Shown in pieces: positions 22,535 through 33,300 of a stretch of DNA of 64,000 nt (within the stretch, counting starts at the first letter, position 1; the number at the start of each line of letters is the position of its first letter). This stretch comes from Antedon mediterranea (taxonomy: Eukaryota > Animalia > Echinodermata). The notes beneath the pieces were generated by a model. It saw nothing but the letters and a program-made list of their open reading frames with translations, was not told where the DNA came from and searched no databases. Position numbers and translations under genes: made by a program. The stretch spans positions 24,131,237 through 24,195,236 of the forward strand of contig NC_092672.1 of the NCBI RefSeq assembly GCF_964355755.1. Direction: 5' to 3'.

Positions 22535-23275
22535 ATGGATAGTGCGTCTAAACGATTCAAAATCTGTGAAGTTGAAGAAGAAAAATCAAAACCTATAGAA
22601 GTAATAATCATTAACAGTGATGATGAAAATGAAGACGATGATTTCGAGAAAACCCGTTATGCTGCAAGCCATACAGAAGTGATTGTTATCAGCGATGACG
22701 AAGAAGAAGAAGAAGAAGAAGAAGAAGAATCTAAAGAAGTTATTGTTATAAACGAAGAAGACGTACCTTATAGCCAAGAAAGTACACATTCACAAACTTA
22801 CGACGGCGACTGGACAATCTTACCAGCAAACGAGTATGATTCCGATGAAGAAGATGTATTTCCTATAGACACTGATTATGACATGGTGTATTATGCTTAC
22901 GTCGATGAAATTGAAAAGGAGCAGTGGTTATCGTTCAAAGACATTATTACAAAAACATTTTTAAATTCACTTTTAAATTTGTGCTCGAAAATAGGAAGAG
23001 ACTATTGCTACGGCTGTTTGTTTTCAAGATGTAGCCAGAAAGATCATGACATTTGTCTTTTACCTGTAGAAGAATTGATGGAAGTAACACTGCAAAAAGC
23101 TTTAGATATAAACGAAATTAATGAAGCTAAAGTGTATGAAGAATTGCTATTTATGTTTCCAGGGTTTTTTACCGAAATACGTTACAAGAAATTCACCTTT
23201 TTTGTTGTTAAGAATTTAAAGAATTCAGATTCACTTGAAAATTTACTTGTAGAATTTTCAAAAAATCAGGTCTAA
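22535..23275 (+). CDS. Maverick accessory protein, acidic, with three SIM-like motifs and a CxxC..H..C putative zinc site
   Basis: 246-aa ORF with good start context (ACCATGG). IEVIIINSDDE, EVIVISDDEEE, EVIVINEED; CYGCLFSRCSQKDHDIC. Confidence 0.7.
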   Translation: MDSASKRFKICEVEEEKSKPIEVIIINSDDENEDDDFEKTRYAASHTEVIVISDDEEEEEEEEEESKEVIVINEEDVPYSQESTHSQTYDGDWTILPANEYDSDEEDVFPIDTDYDMVYYAYVDEIEKEQWLSFKDIITKTFLNSLLNLCSKIGRDYCYGCLFSRCSQKDHDICLLPVEELMEVTLQKALDINEINEAKVYEELLFMFPGFFTEIRYKKFTFFVVKNLKNSDSLENLLVEFSKNQV

Positions 23276-23476
23276 CTAAAGTTCTAGATATAGATTGAAG
23301 TTGTAAAGATCACCTGTATTCTTTAATGATTTTAATTCAATCATTTTTCTCTGCAATATTTAATCATCAATTTAAAGTGTTTATTGAATAAAATATTTAT
23401 GTACCACTAAGCTTATCGTATTAGACTATGATTATTGTGTTATATGATTTCATTTGAACGTGTGACGGTGTCAAGT

Positions 23477-24535
23477 ATGGACGAAGTATTGAGAAAAGTG
23501 TATTACGATCCTAAACATCCCGGTAGTCTCGGTGGTGTTGAACGCCTTTATAATAGTGTTAAAGATGAATTAAGTATTACAAAGAATGACGTTAAAAACT
23601 GGTTAGAGAGACAAGACGCATATACTATTCATAAACCTATCCAACGACGGTTTCTTCGAAATAGAGTTTATGTAACGGCCATAGATGAACAATGGGAAAT
23701 GGATCTCGTTGATTTGACTTCTTTAAAACGATATAACAAACAAAATACATTTCTTATAACGTGTATTGATGTACTCAGTAAATTTGCTTGGGTTGTTCCA
23801 ATAAAAAACAAATCATCCGAGTCAATGCTTACAGCTATGAAGAAGTTATTATCAGGAAAAAGGATTCCTTTGAAAATCCATACCGATAAAGGTACAGAGT
23901 TTACAAATCGGAAAGTCCAAAAACATCTAAAAACATTAAACATTCACTTCTTTACTACTAACAATGAAACAAAAGCTAGCGTAGTAGAGAGATTCAATAG
24001 AACTTTGAAAACAAGAATGTGGAGATATTTTACATCGAACGCAACAAAGAAATACATAGACATTCTCTCAAAATTAGTTTCAAGTTATAATCGTTCGAAA
24101 CATAGATCTATAGGAATGCCACCGATCGATGTAACGAAGGAAAATGAACATCGTGTTTGGATGAATCTTTACGGTGATGAAAAGCTGCGATCTAATCGTT
24201 TCAAGTTTGAAATCGGAGATCAAGTTCGAATTAGTAGGTATAAAATGCTTTTCGAAAAGGGGTATTTAGCCAACTGGACTGAAGAAATTTTTACGATTTT
24301 CAAGCGTAAAGAAACGCGACGATCTACCTATCAAGTTAAAGATTGGAACGGTGATGTTATCGAGGGAAATTTCTACGAGAAAGAACTGCAGAAAGTTTCT
24401 AAAACGGATAAAGATACTTATCGCGTTGAAAAGATTCTGAGAACCAAGAAACGCAATGGAAAAACAGAGTATTTCGTTAAGTGGCTAGGTTATCCGGCAA
24501 AGTTCAACAGTTGGGTTCTGAATCTAGTCAGGTAA
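23477..24535 (+). CDS. Retroviral-like (c-type) integrase with C-terminal chromodomain
   Basis: WEMDLVD, HTDKGTEF and VVERFNRTLK give the DDE triad. YRVEKIL...YFVKWLGY...NSWV is chromo-like. ATG at 23477 chosen as the likely start. Confidence 0.93.
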   Translation: MDEVLRKVYYDPKHPGSLGGVERLYNSVKDELSITKNDVKNWLERQDAYTIHKPIQRRFLRNRVYVTAIDEQWEMDLVDLTSLKRYNKQNTFLITCIDVLSKFAWVVPIKNKSSESMLTAMKKLLSGKRIPLKIHTDKGTEFTNRKVQKHLKTLNIHFFTTNNETKASVVERFNRTLKTRMWRYFTSNATKKYIDILSKLVSSYNRSKHRSIGMPPIDVTKENEHRVWMNLYGDEKLRSNRFKFEIGDQVRISRYKMLFEKGYLANWTEEIFTIFKRKETRRSTYQVKDWNGDVIEGNFYEKELQKVSKTDKDTYRVEKILRTKKRNGKTEYFVKWLGYPAKFNSWVLNLVR

Positions 24536-24537
24536 AC

Positions 24538-25314
24538 ATGGCATCGCAATTCTACGTTACGTTACCGAGTAATAGTTCATTGAATTATTTTCCCGAAAAT
24601 ACGCTCACCAGTTACACTACAAAACTATCCGAGTCCTTGCGGCTTAGTGGTGAGTGGGAAGTAGGTATAGCTGAAATACATTATCCACATTCTTGGTTTA
24701 ATGTAGATAATTCAAACAACACGTTTCACCTGAAATTAGATTTATCGAAGAATGGATCAGAAATCAAAGACTATAAAATTACTGTTCCTAGTGGTTATTA
24801 CTCTTCAGGGAATATCTTTATAGATGAGTTAAACTATATTTTGAAAAAATTAGATATACGTGATATATCATTTAAATTCAATCGTATCACGGAAAGAGTT
24901 AAAATATCTACCAATAGATTCGCAAGTATTCCAATAATAGGTAAAGAATTACAATCGTTACTTGGAGTGAATTTAGATTCGATTCTGGAAGATTCTACGA
25001 TTATAGGCAGCAGCCCTATGAATCTGCATCATCGTGTTCCCGCTTTGTACGTCTACACCGATATAATTGAACATCAACGAGTGGGGGATGCTAGCGTTCC
25101 ATTGTTACGGATTGTTCAAACGAGAGAAAGAGACTTGGGGAGACGTTGCGCGCACGAGTATGGGATGCCTCACTATAAACGAATAGTAAAGAAAGATATG
25201 GACACCATACGTATCGATATAAGAAGCGATACCGGTGAGAAGGTGTCATTTCAACGTGGGAAGGTTTTGGTGAAGTTACACTTTCGACAGAGTAGATCAG
25301 CTCATTTCATCTAA
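24538..25314 (+). CDS. Maverick minor capsid (penton-like) protein
   Basis: N-terminal FYVTLPSNSS..FPENT...L.GEWEVG..EIHYP and C-terminal YVYTDII...VGD...PLLR...LHFR are typical of this family. ATG lies 2 bp after the integrase stop. Confidence 0.82.
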   Translation: MASQFYVTLPSNSSLNYFPENTLTSYTTKLSESLRLSGEWEVGIAEIHYPHSWFNVDNSNNTFHLKLDLSKNGSEIKDYKITVPSGYYSSGNIFIDELNYILKKLDIRDISFKFNRITERVKISTNRFASIPIIGKELQSLLGVNLDSILEDSTIIGSSPMNLHHRVPALYVYTDIIEHQRVGDASVPLLRIVQTRERDLGRRCAHEYGMPHYKRIVKKDMDTIRIDIRSDTGEKVSFQRGKVLVKLHFRQSRSAHFI

Positions 25315-25326
25315 ACAACAACAACA

Positions 25327-25707
25327 ATGCCTAACGTATACGAAGACTACTATGTTGGACAGGCTGGTGGTTCAATACCTGTTTTTCACGGATCCTCAAA
25401 TCAAAGGGGTTTCGGTTTAGGAGGTATGTTATCGGTTCTTTTCAAACGTGCTATACCTCTTTTAAAAAAAGGGGCAACATCTATAGGTAAACAGGCTCTA
25501 CGTGCAGGCGGGGAGATAGTAGGTGATGTTCTAAGTGGTCAAAACTTCAAACAGGCGACAAAACGTAGAATCACACAAGCCGGTAAACGTGTTGTCACGC
25601 AAAAAGGAAACGGTCGAGTGAATAAAAAGCGAAAGAGACGTAGTAAAGGTCTCAGTCGTGTTAACGCTAAGAGAGTGAGAAGATCATCCGATATTTTCGA
25701 TTCTTAA
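25327..25707 (+). CDS. Small basic core-like protein (PW-like / adenovirus pVII-like)
   Basis: YEDYY..QAGG...QRGFGLGG...AIPLLK and an Arg/Lys-rich C-terminus; lies between the capsid genes. Confidence 0.7.
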   Translation: MPNVYEDYYVGQAGGSIPVFHGSSNQRGFGLGGMLSVLFKRAIPLLKKGATSIGKQALRAGGEIVGDVLSGQNFKQATKRRITQAGKRVVTQKGNGRVNKKRKRRSKGLSRVNAKRVRRSSDIFDS

Positions 25708-25712
25708 TCACT

Positions 25713-27041
25713 ATGGCTTTTGTACACAATCACTCCTGCGAATGTCTAAAATCGGAGCTAGATCTTTTTTCCGTACCACCGACTCAGACGAGTATAACGA
25801 AAGGACAATGGGTTCAATATCATCCGTTCAACAGTATCACCGATGTAGGCCCTGTACAATTCAACATTCAGGGTTCTAGCGAAGAATATATAGATCTATC
25901 GCAGACTATGCTTAACGTGAAACTAAAAATTACGAGACAAGACGGAACAGATTTACACGCCGACGAACCTGTAGGACCAACTAATCATCTACTACATTCA
26001 ATATTCAGTAAAGTGGATGTTTCGTTGAACGAGAGATTAATTACCCCTTCAACAAATACCTACTCTTATAGAGCAGCCATCGAAACGTTGTTAACGTACG
26101 GAGCAGATGCTAAAGATTCTCACCTTACCGGTGGTTTGTACTACAAGGATACAGCGGGTAAAATGGATTCGGCTGACCCTACAGCAGGTGACGATATTGT
26201 TAATAAGGGACTGAAAAAACGCACTGAGTACATACGTGGTAGCCGTTACGTCGACCTTATAGGGCCTATCCATTGCGATGTTTTCTTTCAAGATCGAATG
26301 ATGCTCAATGGCGTAGATCTCAAGATAAAGTTACATCGAAGTAAAAATGCATTCTGTCTTATGTCGTCAGACCCGCAAGCAGCTTTCAAAGTACATCTGG
26401 ATGACGCTTGCTTGTATATACGTAAAGTAAAACTAAATCCTACTGTTGCGTTGGCTCACGCAAAAGCTTTGGAACGTGGTCCAGCAAAATATCCACTCCG
26501 GAGAGTAGAAGTTAAAACGGTAACAGTTCCTAGAGGAAATTTATCATTTACGCGAGAATCTTTGTTCAATGGAAATCTACCGAAACGTTTGGTTGTGGGG
26601 TTAGTTAGTACTGAAGCGTTCAACGGAAGTTATGTAAGAAACCCCTTCAATTTTCAACATTTCAACACAAACTTTTTAGCATTATATTTAGACGGTGAAC
26701 AAGTACCGTGGAAACCGTTGAAACCTAATTTTGGACAGAATGCAGAAGGAAACTATATTTTAGCGTACCAGAGCTTATTTTCCGGATTGAACACGTTGTT
26801 TGATGATACAGGGAACCATATTTCCAGAGACGATTACCCAAGAGGATATACTTTATTCGCTTTTGATCTTACACCCGATTTAGCGAGCGCCGGTCATTTC
26901 AATTTGATACGGAACGGAAATATACGTTTGGAGATACAATTTGCTAACGCTTTAGCAGAAACTATAAACATTATTGTTTACGCTGAATTTGACTCAATCA
27001 TAGAAATTGATAAATCACGTAACGTTATCGTTGATTTTTAA
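25713..27041 (+). CDS. Maverick major capsid protein (double jelly-roll, PY)
   Basis: 442 aa. SCECLKSELDLF..PPTQ, LPKRLVVG, NPFNFQHF and GYTLFAFDLTPD recognised as conserved motifs of this family. Confidence 0.88.
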   Translation: MAFVHNHSCECLKSELDLFSVPPTQTSITKGQWVQYHPFNSITDVGPVQFNIQGSSEEYIDLSQTMLNVKLKITRQDGTDLHADEPVGPTNHLLHSIFSKVDVSLNERLITPSTNTYSYRAAIETLLTYGADAKDSHLTGGLYYKDTAGKMDSADPTAGDDIVNKGLKKRTEYIRGSRYVDLIGPIHCDVFFQDRMMLNGVDLKIKLHRSKNAFCLMSSDPQAAFKVHLDDACLYIRKVKLNPTVALAHAKALERGPAKYPLRRVEVKTVTVPRGNLSFTRESLFNGNLPKRLVVGLVSTEAFNGSYVRNPFNFQHFNTNFLALYLDGEQVPWKPLKPNFGQNAEGNYILAYQSLFSGLNTLFDDTGNHISRDDYPRGYTLFAFDLTPDLASAGHFNLIRNGNIRLEIQFANALAETINIIVYAEFDSIIEIDKSRNVIVDF

Positions 27042-27058
27042 AAGTAAAGTCCTTCAAA

Positions 27059-27583
27059 ATGAACACCGTGCAAATAATAAGACTCGTTAAATCGGATCGG
27101 TTAACAAATCGATATTTTCGTGGAGTTTTTCCTTCCGATTTACTCCCCAATGGGGATAGAGGATTTCCTCGGGCTTACATAGCAAACGTAGATACGAGTG
27201 ATCAAAATGGATCGCATTGGGTAGCATTTTTTCTTAGAGATCGTAACTATGGAGAATTTTTTGACTCGTTTGGGAATTCTCCTCAATATTATAGTAGATA
27301 TTTTGTTGATTTTCTAAATTCATCCGTATCTTATTGGATGTATAACGACACAGTATTGCAAGCCCCTATGTCTACAGTTTGTGGTCAGTATTGTCTTTTC
27401 TATATTTCTCATAAATGTAGAGGTATTGATTCATCAACTATAATTAATATGTTTACGAAAGATAGACGTAGTAACGATTCTAATGTTAATCAATTTATAG
27501 AACGTCGATATAACGTTAATCTATCCGTATATGATAGCGAATATATCAAATTGCAGTTTGTTAAGATGCTATTGAATAATTAA
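27059..27583 (+). CDS. Adenain-like cysteine protease
   Basis: GSHWVA (His), FFDSFG (Asp), LQ....VCGQYC (Gln/Cys). Confidence 0.9.
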   Translation: MNTVQIIRLVKSDRLTNRYFRGVFPSDLLPNGDRGFPRAYIANVDTSDQNGSHWVAFFLRDRNYGEFFDSFGNSPQYYSRYFVDFLNSSVSYWMYNDTVLQAPMSTVCGQYCLFYISHKCRGIDSSTIINMFTKDRRSNDSNVNQFIERRYNVNLSVYDSEYIKLQFVKMLLNN

Positions 27584-27754
27584 ATGTTTAAAAAATAAAG
27601 TGGTTTATTGATAATAAAAGACATAACAGAAAATACGTGAAAACGATAGTTTCTTTCTTTGAAATCTTTCTTTATTTCATACAATCGAAAAAAAAAAAAA
27701 CAAACAAAAAACAATTATGAATTAGGGTTAGAGGTTAGGGGTTAGAGTTAAGGG

Positions 27755-28594
27755 TTAGAATTTCAGCCATTTTGTTTTTTTAGGTTTAGATTTAATTGAA
27801 ACCTTTTTCGGTTTTATTAGAATTTCCTCATCGTTATCTTTCCATTCGTAATCGCTAGCTTCCTCTTCACCGATGGATTCTAATCTCTTTTTTTTTCTTA
27901 CGAAAGAAGAAGACGTTAATGAGTTAAGGGGAGACGTAGCTGACGAAGACGAGGGGATACTCCCACCCGACTTTATACGTTGTAAGATCTTTCGTCTCGT
28001 AGGATTTCCAATTAAGCTTTCAGGTGTATTCAGTTTAGCTAAAACTGTTAAAAAGTCCTTCCAACCGATAGGCTCGAATCCACGTCGTTCTTGAATAACA
28101 TCTTTTACCAAATCGAGAAAATTACTTCCTTTAATTGCTTCTCCGTCGATGATGACTTCTCCGTACTTTGTCCAATCAATTACCCCCATAGCTCGATAAC
28201 GATCGAGTCGTTCCAAAAAAGTTTTTGTTTTCGATTTCAAAGTTACGGGCATACTCTGTAATACTTCTTTATTCATTGTATCAGTGAGAAGTTTTTCAGA
28301 TCCCACTGTAGCGTTTTCTTCGTAGTCTTGTTGCTTCTTTGCGAGTTCTCGTATATCGATATTCAAAGGAGGAGGATTGTTTACGGGCTTCTCTCTTCCT
28401 AGATATCGTTGAAGTACCTGATTGTACATTGTCATTTTATCGTGATCACTGATATCCTGTCTATCGAGAATATTACGCATAGAATTATCCAAATTGTTTG
28501 TTATTGTTTCATGTTTTTCTTCATAACGATGACTGTGTAACATAGTATTTGCTAACTCCTGCGGTACTAAAACCATTTTCTTTGTGTGTTGCAT
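27755..28594 (-). CDS. Conserved Maverick protein of unknown function (PZ-like)
   Basis: 279 aa. KKMVLVP, YNQVLQRYL and IDW...GE....G..IKGSN..DLV motifs. Start overlaps the upstream stop at 28594. Confidence 0.7.
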   Translation of the reverse strand: MQHTKKMVLVPQELANTMLHSHRYEEKHETITNNLDNSMRNILDRQDISDHDKMTMYNQVLQRYLGREKPVNNPPPLNIDIRELAKKQQDYEENATVGSEKLLTDTMNKEVLQSMPVTLKSKTKTFLERLDRYRAMGVIDWTKYGEVIIDGEAIKGSNFLDLVKDVIQERRGFEPIGWKDFLTVLAKLNTPESLIGNPTRRKILQRIKSGGSIPSSSSATSPLNSLTSSSFVRKKKRLESIGEEEASDYEWKDNDEEILIKPKKVSIKSKPKKTKWLKF

Positions 28595-28920
28595 TATTTT
28601 AAAATCAGACTTCCTAACGTTTGTAAAATAGGTTTCAATATAAGACCAAGAAATCCGCCTTTCTGAACAAGAATGCGTTTTCTTTTGATAGCCGGAATAG
28701 TTTTATCAGCTAAGTCTCGCAAGTGTTTCCTGTACCTCGTCAACTTCTTTTTATGAGCACCGGATACCGGTACTCGACCTTTTAACACGTTCATAGCGCA
28801 CTCGCAGATGGTCGAAATGAGTTGATCATCGGCATTTTCTATTAACACCTTTCTCTGACGCGGAGTGCAATGAGCGAGAAAACGTATAGTTTCAGCGTTC
28901 TTCTTAATACGTTTTGACAT
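28594..28920 (-). CDS. Small basic Maverick protein with C-terminal QKGG|FL amphipathic peptide
   Basis: 108 aa; ICECAMNVLKG...LVQKGGFLGLILKPILQTLGSLILK. Confidence 0.72.
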   Translation of the reverse strand: MSKRIKKNAETIRFLAHCTPRQRKVLIENADDQLISTICECAMNVLKGRVPVSGAHKKKLTRYRKHLRDLADKTIPAIKRKRILVQKGGFLGLILKPILQTLGSLILK

Positions 28921-28968
28921 GATGTTGATAGATGTGTAAATGATTTGATATCTCAGTTTTTCTACGTT

Positions 28969-29604
28969 TTATACCTTCGGTACGTAGACAATTTGATTGT
29001 TTTTTGAAAAAATGTTGCTTCTAATACGCATTTCTTCCAATGTGTTTGATTTAAGATCAATAAGAAGATAGCCATACGGTTCGCGGGTTGCGTCTTCGAA
29101 AGCCTCCTGTAAAAATCTACCTTTACCAGGATACATCTGTTTCGATAAGTTCATGATTTGTGATTTATCTCGAGGATTTTTGAACAGAACAATGTAATGA
29201 GCATTTAGAGTAATTGTGCGAATTTCTTTAGATCCGTAGAAGAAATTTTGCATGATGAAAATAACGGAGATATTTCTATGATGTGAACCTTTTGTGAAGA
29301 TGTTAACGACTCGTTTATCGCTACTGCATTCTGTCATTAAATCATCGATGATAACCAAATGATTTTTTCTCGAATCGTACGATTCTATAGAATCCATAGG
29401 AATACCGTCAACAAACTTTATATTTCGAATAGTTTTACTCAATTCACTAAACAAGGATTGGTATTCACCGTAACACCATGTGATATCGTCAAAAGGTTTA
29501 TCAAAATATTCATTTTCCAACAATTTTCTGACAAACACTGATTTTCCGGATGAAGTTGGTCCACTGATTACAGCGGTGAAAGGTGTTACCAGTTTGCAAG
29601 TCAT
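28969..29604 (-). CDS. A32/FtsK-like DNA packaging ATPase
   Basis: Walker A GPTSSGKS, Walker B LVIIDDLM, and GSHHRNISVIFIMQN. Confidence 0.92.
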   Translation of the reverse strand: MTCKLVTPFTAVISGPTSSGKSVFVRKLLENEYFDKPFDDITWCYGEYQSLFSELSKTIRNIKFVDGIPMDSIESYDSRKNHLVIIDDLMTECSSDKRVVNIFTKGSHHRNISVIFIMQNFFYGSKEIRTITLNAHYIVLFKNPRDKSQIMNLSKQMYPGKGRFLQEAFEDATREPYGYLLIDLKSNTLEEMRIRSNIFSKNNQIVYVPKV

Positions 29605-29675
29605 TTTCGTATTACGTCTTTTCAGTCGTTATCTTCGTTTATATAGTGTAATTAAAGCGTAACATTCACACGTAA

Positions 29676-29676
<1 letters not shown>

Positions 29677-29709
<33 letters not shown>

Positions 29710-29737
29710 GCACACAAAACAGAACAAGAAAGAACTT

Positions 29738-29782
<45 letters not shown>

Positions 29783-29810
29783 AAAAAAAAAACAAACAAA
29801 ACAAAAAACT
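29677..29810 (+). repeat. (CA)n microsatellite followed by a ~40-nt poly(A) tract
   Basis: Directly visible between the ATPase start and the pPolB 3' region. Confidence 0.9.
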
Positions 29811-29839
29811 TAAGTTTTCTATTTTATTTATTAACATTA

Positions 29840-30365
29840 AAATCAAAATGATAAATAGTTACCAGTACAATGAGTATATAATAGTATTTGTATCAAGAAA
29901 TGTAAGATATGAAAATTATCAACTAACAAATGAAAAATATTTTGTTAACAATAACTAAAAACAACAACTGTAAAATCAGAAAGTTACATTTAAACTAATT
30001 AAGCTACTGACAGATATTTACTAATTACTTACAAAATTTAAATTGACCAAAATCACAGTTTACCATACATAACCGTACGACACAGTAATAAAATTTATCA
30101 TCAAAATCAAAATGGTGAATAGTTACCAGTACATTGAGTATATACCGTAATAGTATTTGTATCAAGAAATGTAAGATATGGAAATTAACAACTAACAAAT
30201 GAAAAAATATTTTGTTAACAATAACTAAAAACAACAACTGAAAATCAGAAAGTTACATTTTAACTAATTAAGCTACTGAAAGATATTTATTAATTACTTA
30301 CAAAAATTTAAATTGAACAGAATCACAGTTTACCATACATAACCGTACGGCACAGTATTAAAATT
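29840..30365. repeat. ~270-bp tandem duplication of the pPolB stop/3' region
   Basis: AATCACAGTTTACCATACATAACCGTACG at 30051 and 30321; AGTTACCAGTACA.TGAGTATATA at ~29857 and 30121. Confidence 0.88.
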
Positions 30366-33300
30366 GTTTACTATGATACGTTTATCGTATACAATACGAT
30401 AATCTTTTGTGGATGCCTCATTAATAATTTTACGTGTTTTCGGTTTTCGAGTAATACGGTTCTTATCTATTGTTCTAATTACTTGTGGACCAATACCTTT
30501 TACCATGTTTGAAACAGTTTCGAAATTAATTAATTTAGAATTTGTATAATTTAAAGTTAAACCTTTAACCTTGCAAACTGTTTTGTCTGAATTTAGTTTG
30601 TACGCATAATTTTTGGGGCCTCCCGAAACGAAGCACGAAATGAACTCCCCATCTTTTGGATCGATCTCGGATGTTAACTGACCGAGATAGTCACCAAGAG
30701 GAGGGTTCCATTCTCCAGGTTTTGTTACATAAACGACACTGTCAGTATCGTAATACAAGACACGTTCTTGCAACGATTCTAATAGTTCGTATAATTTAAG
30801 TCTAGCTGAAGCAGTAGTAAAGGCGGCGATGACAACGTTCGTTTTCTTACTTACTTTTATGAATTGTTCATCGTTTTCGAATTTTACTTCAGCCAAATTT
30901 TCGTTAATGAAGTTAATGTCATTAACGATTACCTGTGGATTGGATAGTAAATCATATGCTTCGCTCGGTTCTGTGATGAATTTTGTTTGAGAAACTTTCT
31001 CTTTTTGACCGAATTTACCCCAAAAACTGTTTAACATTAGTTTGGCTAGAGAACGTAAACCGGGGTTGTGTTTTATATTTTCTTTATCGAGAAGAATACC
31101 TTCTACGCTAGAGTAATCGTCAATGTATTTTTGTTTATCTTCCTGAGTCTTACACCACTCAGGCCAACCTGATGCTTCCTGTTTAAGTTTGAGAAATGTG
31201 TTGATGTATTCGGAAAATAATCCCGACGAATTTGAATCACGATCAAAACTACTTTTTTCAGTGAAATGCCAAGCAACGTGTACTTTAGAAATTTTGTAGC
31301 CAACTTTTACGGCTTTGGATACTTCTGTGGTTATCCACGTACCCGTGAATTGTCTGTCAGCACTTATGTGTTCGCACGGTGTTTGTTGAAGTGAATCCGC
31401 GCATGTTTTACATAAAGGAAATAACAATTTACCGTTTGATCGGTACGGAAGAACGGGGTGATATAGATTTTTAGGTGCCTCAATTGTGCATTTAACTACA
31501 CCAAAATAGTCATCGATGTTTTCAGATAGGTTATTCGTAGCCATTATTTCTGGATGACCAACAGGGTATTCACAGTACTTATTCACGTATGGGTATAAAG
31601 AAGTGAAGTCAACGTAATGAATTTCCTCGTCTTCTTTGGTTTCGTGATACAATCGAGAGGCATTAGTTCGACCGCCAAAGAAAGCCTCCCTAGGATTAAG
31701 TTTTTCGTGAATGTAAGGTACGTTGAAAATCTGGGTTTTCTCCGCGAGAGGTAAGGAGTCTTTTAGAATTTTCCAATCGTGTTCCCAAATTTCAACGTAC
31801 TCGAACTGAGGGAATTGATTTGTAAGAAAAGAAATTTTTTTTTTAGTTTTCATATAACTTTCGATCATGGGTTCCCGTGTAATAGGGTTGACTGAATCCT
31901 GTCTGTAACAGGTAGGACATCCATGAAAAAGACACCCTTGGAATTCAAAAATAATTTTGTTTTCGATGTTCACACCGTCTACGTAGTACCTACCAAAGAA
32001 CTTTTCACCTCCGTTTCTAGCGTGATTTATATGAATACCTCTTTTATACGCTTCATATGATAACCATTCAATACTTGCTAATGAGTGATTTATGGTCGTC
32101 TGGTAATTAGATGGGGGAAATAAGGCTATTGTAGACGGTTTAAGAAAATTTCGAGAAAATACGTAATTGCACGCGGACGCAATGGTCATGAGATTATTGG
32201 AAAAAGGATCAACACCGGCGAGTTTTGGGTCGGTTGTTGATGTCACGCTTATAAATAGATGTCTAAATGTTAAGCAGCAACGACGAAGAATGTCAACATC
32301 GCTGACGCAGTAATCAACAAGTTCTTTTTTCATATCAAACTGTACATTGTTTTTAACTTTCTCGTTATACCATTTAAAAAATGCGTCCCTAGCCGAAGGA
32401 GACATTTTCTCCGGTATGTAAAAAGAACAATCAGGGTAGGGGCCTACGTAATTTTGGTTAGAAGGAGTATTAAACAAATGCGGGAAGTATCCTTTCTTTA
32501 ATTCATTAACACCGAAAGTCTTTGGTAATTTAGTGAGAGGCATAGGTAAAAATGAAAGGGAATCGATGAAACGTGTTCTTGTTTCCTTAACGCGAATGGA
32601 GATAGCTTTACCTCCTCTACAGACAACATCGGGGAGAATACCTTTTTTGTGTAAATATTGAAAAATGAAATAACAATCATATCCCTGGAAGTTATGTGCA
32701 ATACATGTAACATTTTCTTTGTACTCATAATGTTTAAAAATATAATCGCAGAAATCATTGCAGGCATTTTCACCGTAAAAAGTAAGCGTTTTTTCACCGC
32801 AAATTTCGCATTCATTGGAATCGATATCATTATTAATACATTTCAGACAAGTTTTTTGAAGTACGCAGAGATTAGGTTTATGCTCACCAGTTTCCTGTGT
32901 GCACTCAAAGTCAAAAAAGAAATACTTGGCTATTGAATTTTTCATTTGATTTTCGTTTTGTGAATTTTTATCGCCAGTTTTTTTTTTGTTTTCAACGATT
33001 TTCTGCATGTAGCATTTGTGATCATAAGATGCTAAAATATTGCATACCCGACAAAAGTATTGTTCGCATTTGTGATTATTTTTCATCACTCGATTGCAGG
33101 TCTTGCAGGTTTTAATTTTGTTACACGTTGATGTTTCGCCTTTAATATGAAAATCGAAACAACTTGCGTTTTTAAAAGACCTATTGCAATCACTGCAGTC
33201 AACAGAAACCTCAGTTTCCTTTGCCGGTAAGCATTCATTAGACTTACAGAGTTTACACGTATATTTACAAGTATGAGCTTTGTTTACGTTATATCCGGTG

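Noticed and set aside
29652-29846. 64-aa poly-Phe ORF
   Set aside because: Translation of the poly(A)/(CA)n tract on the minus strand.
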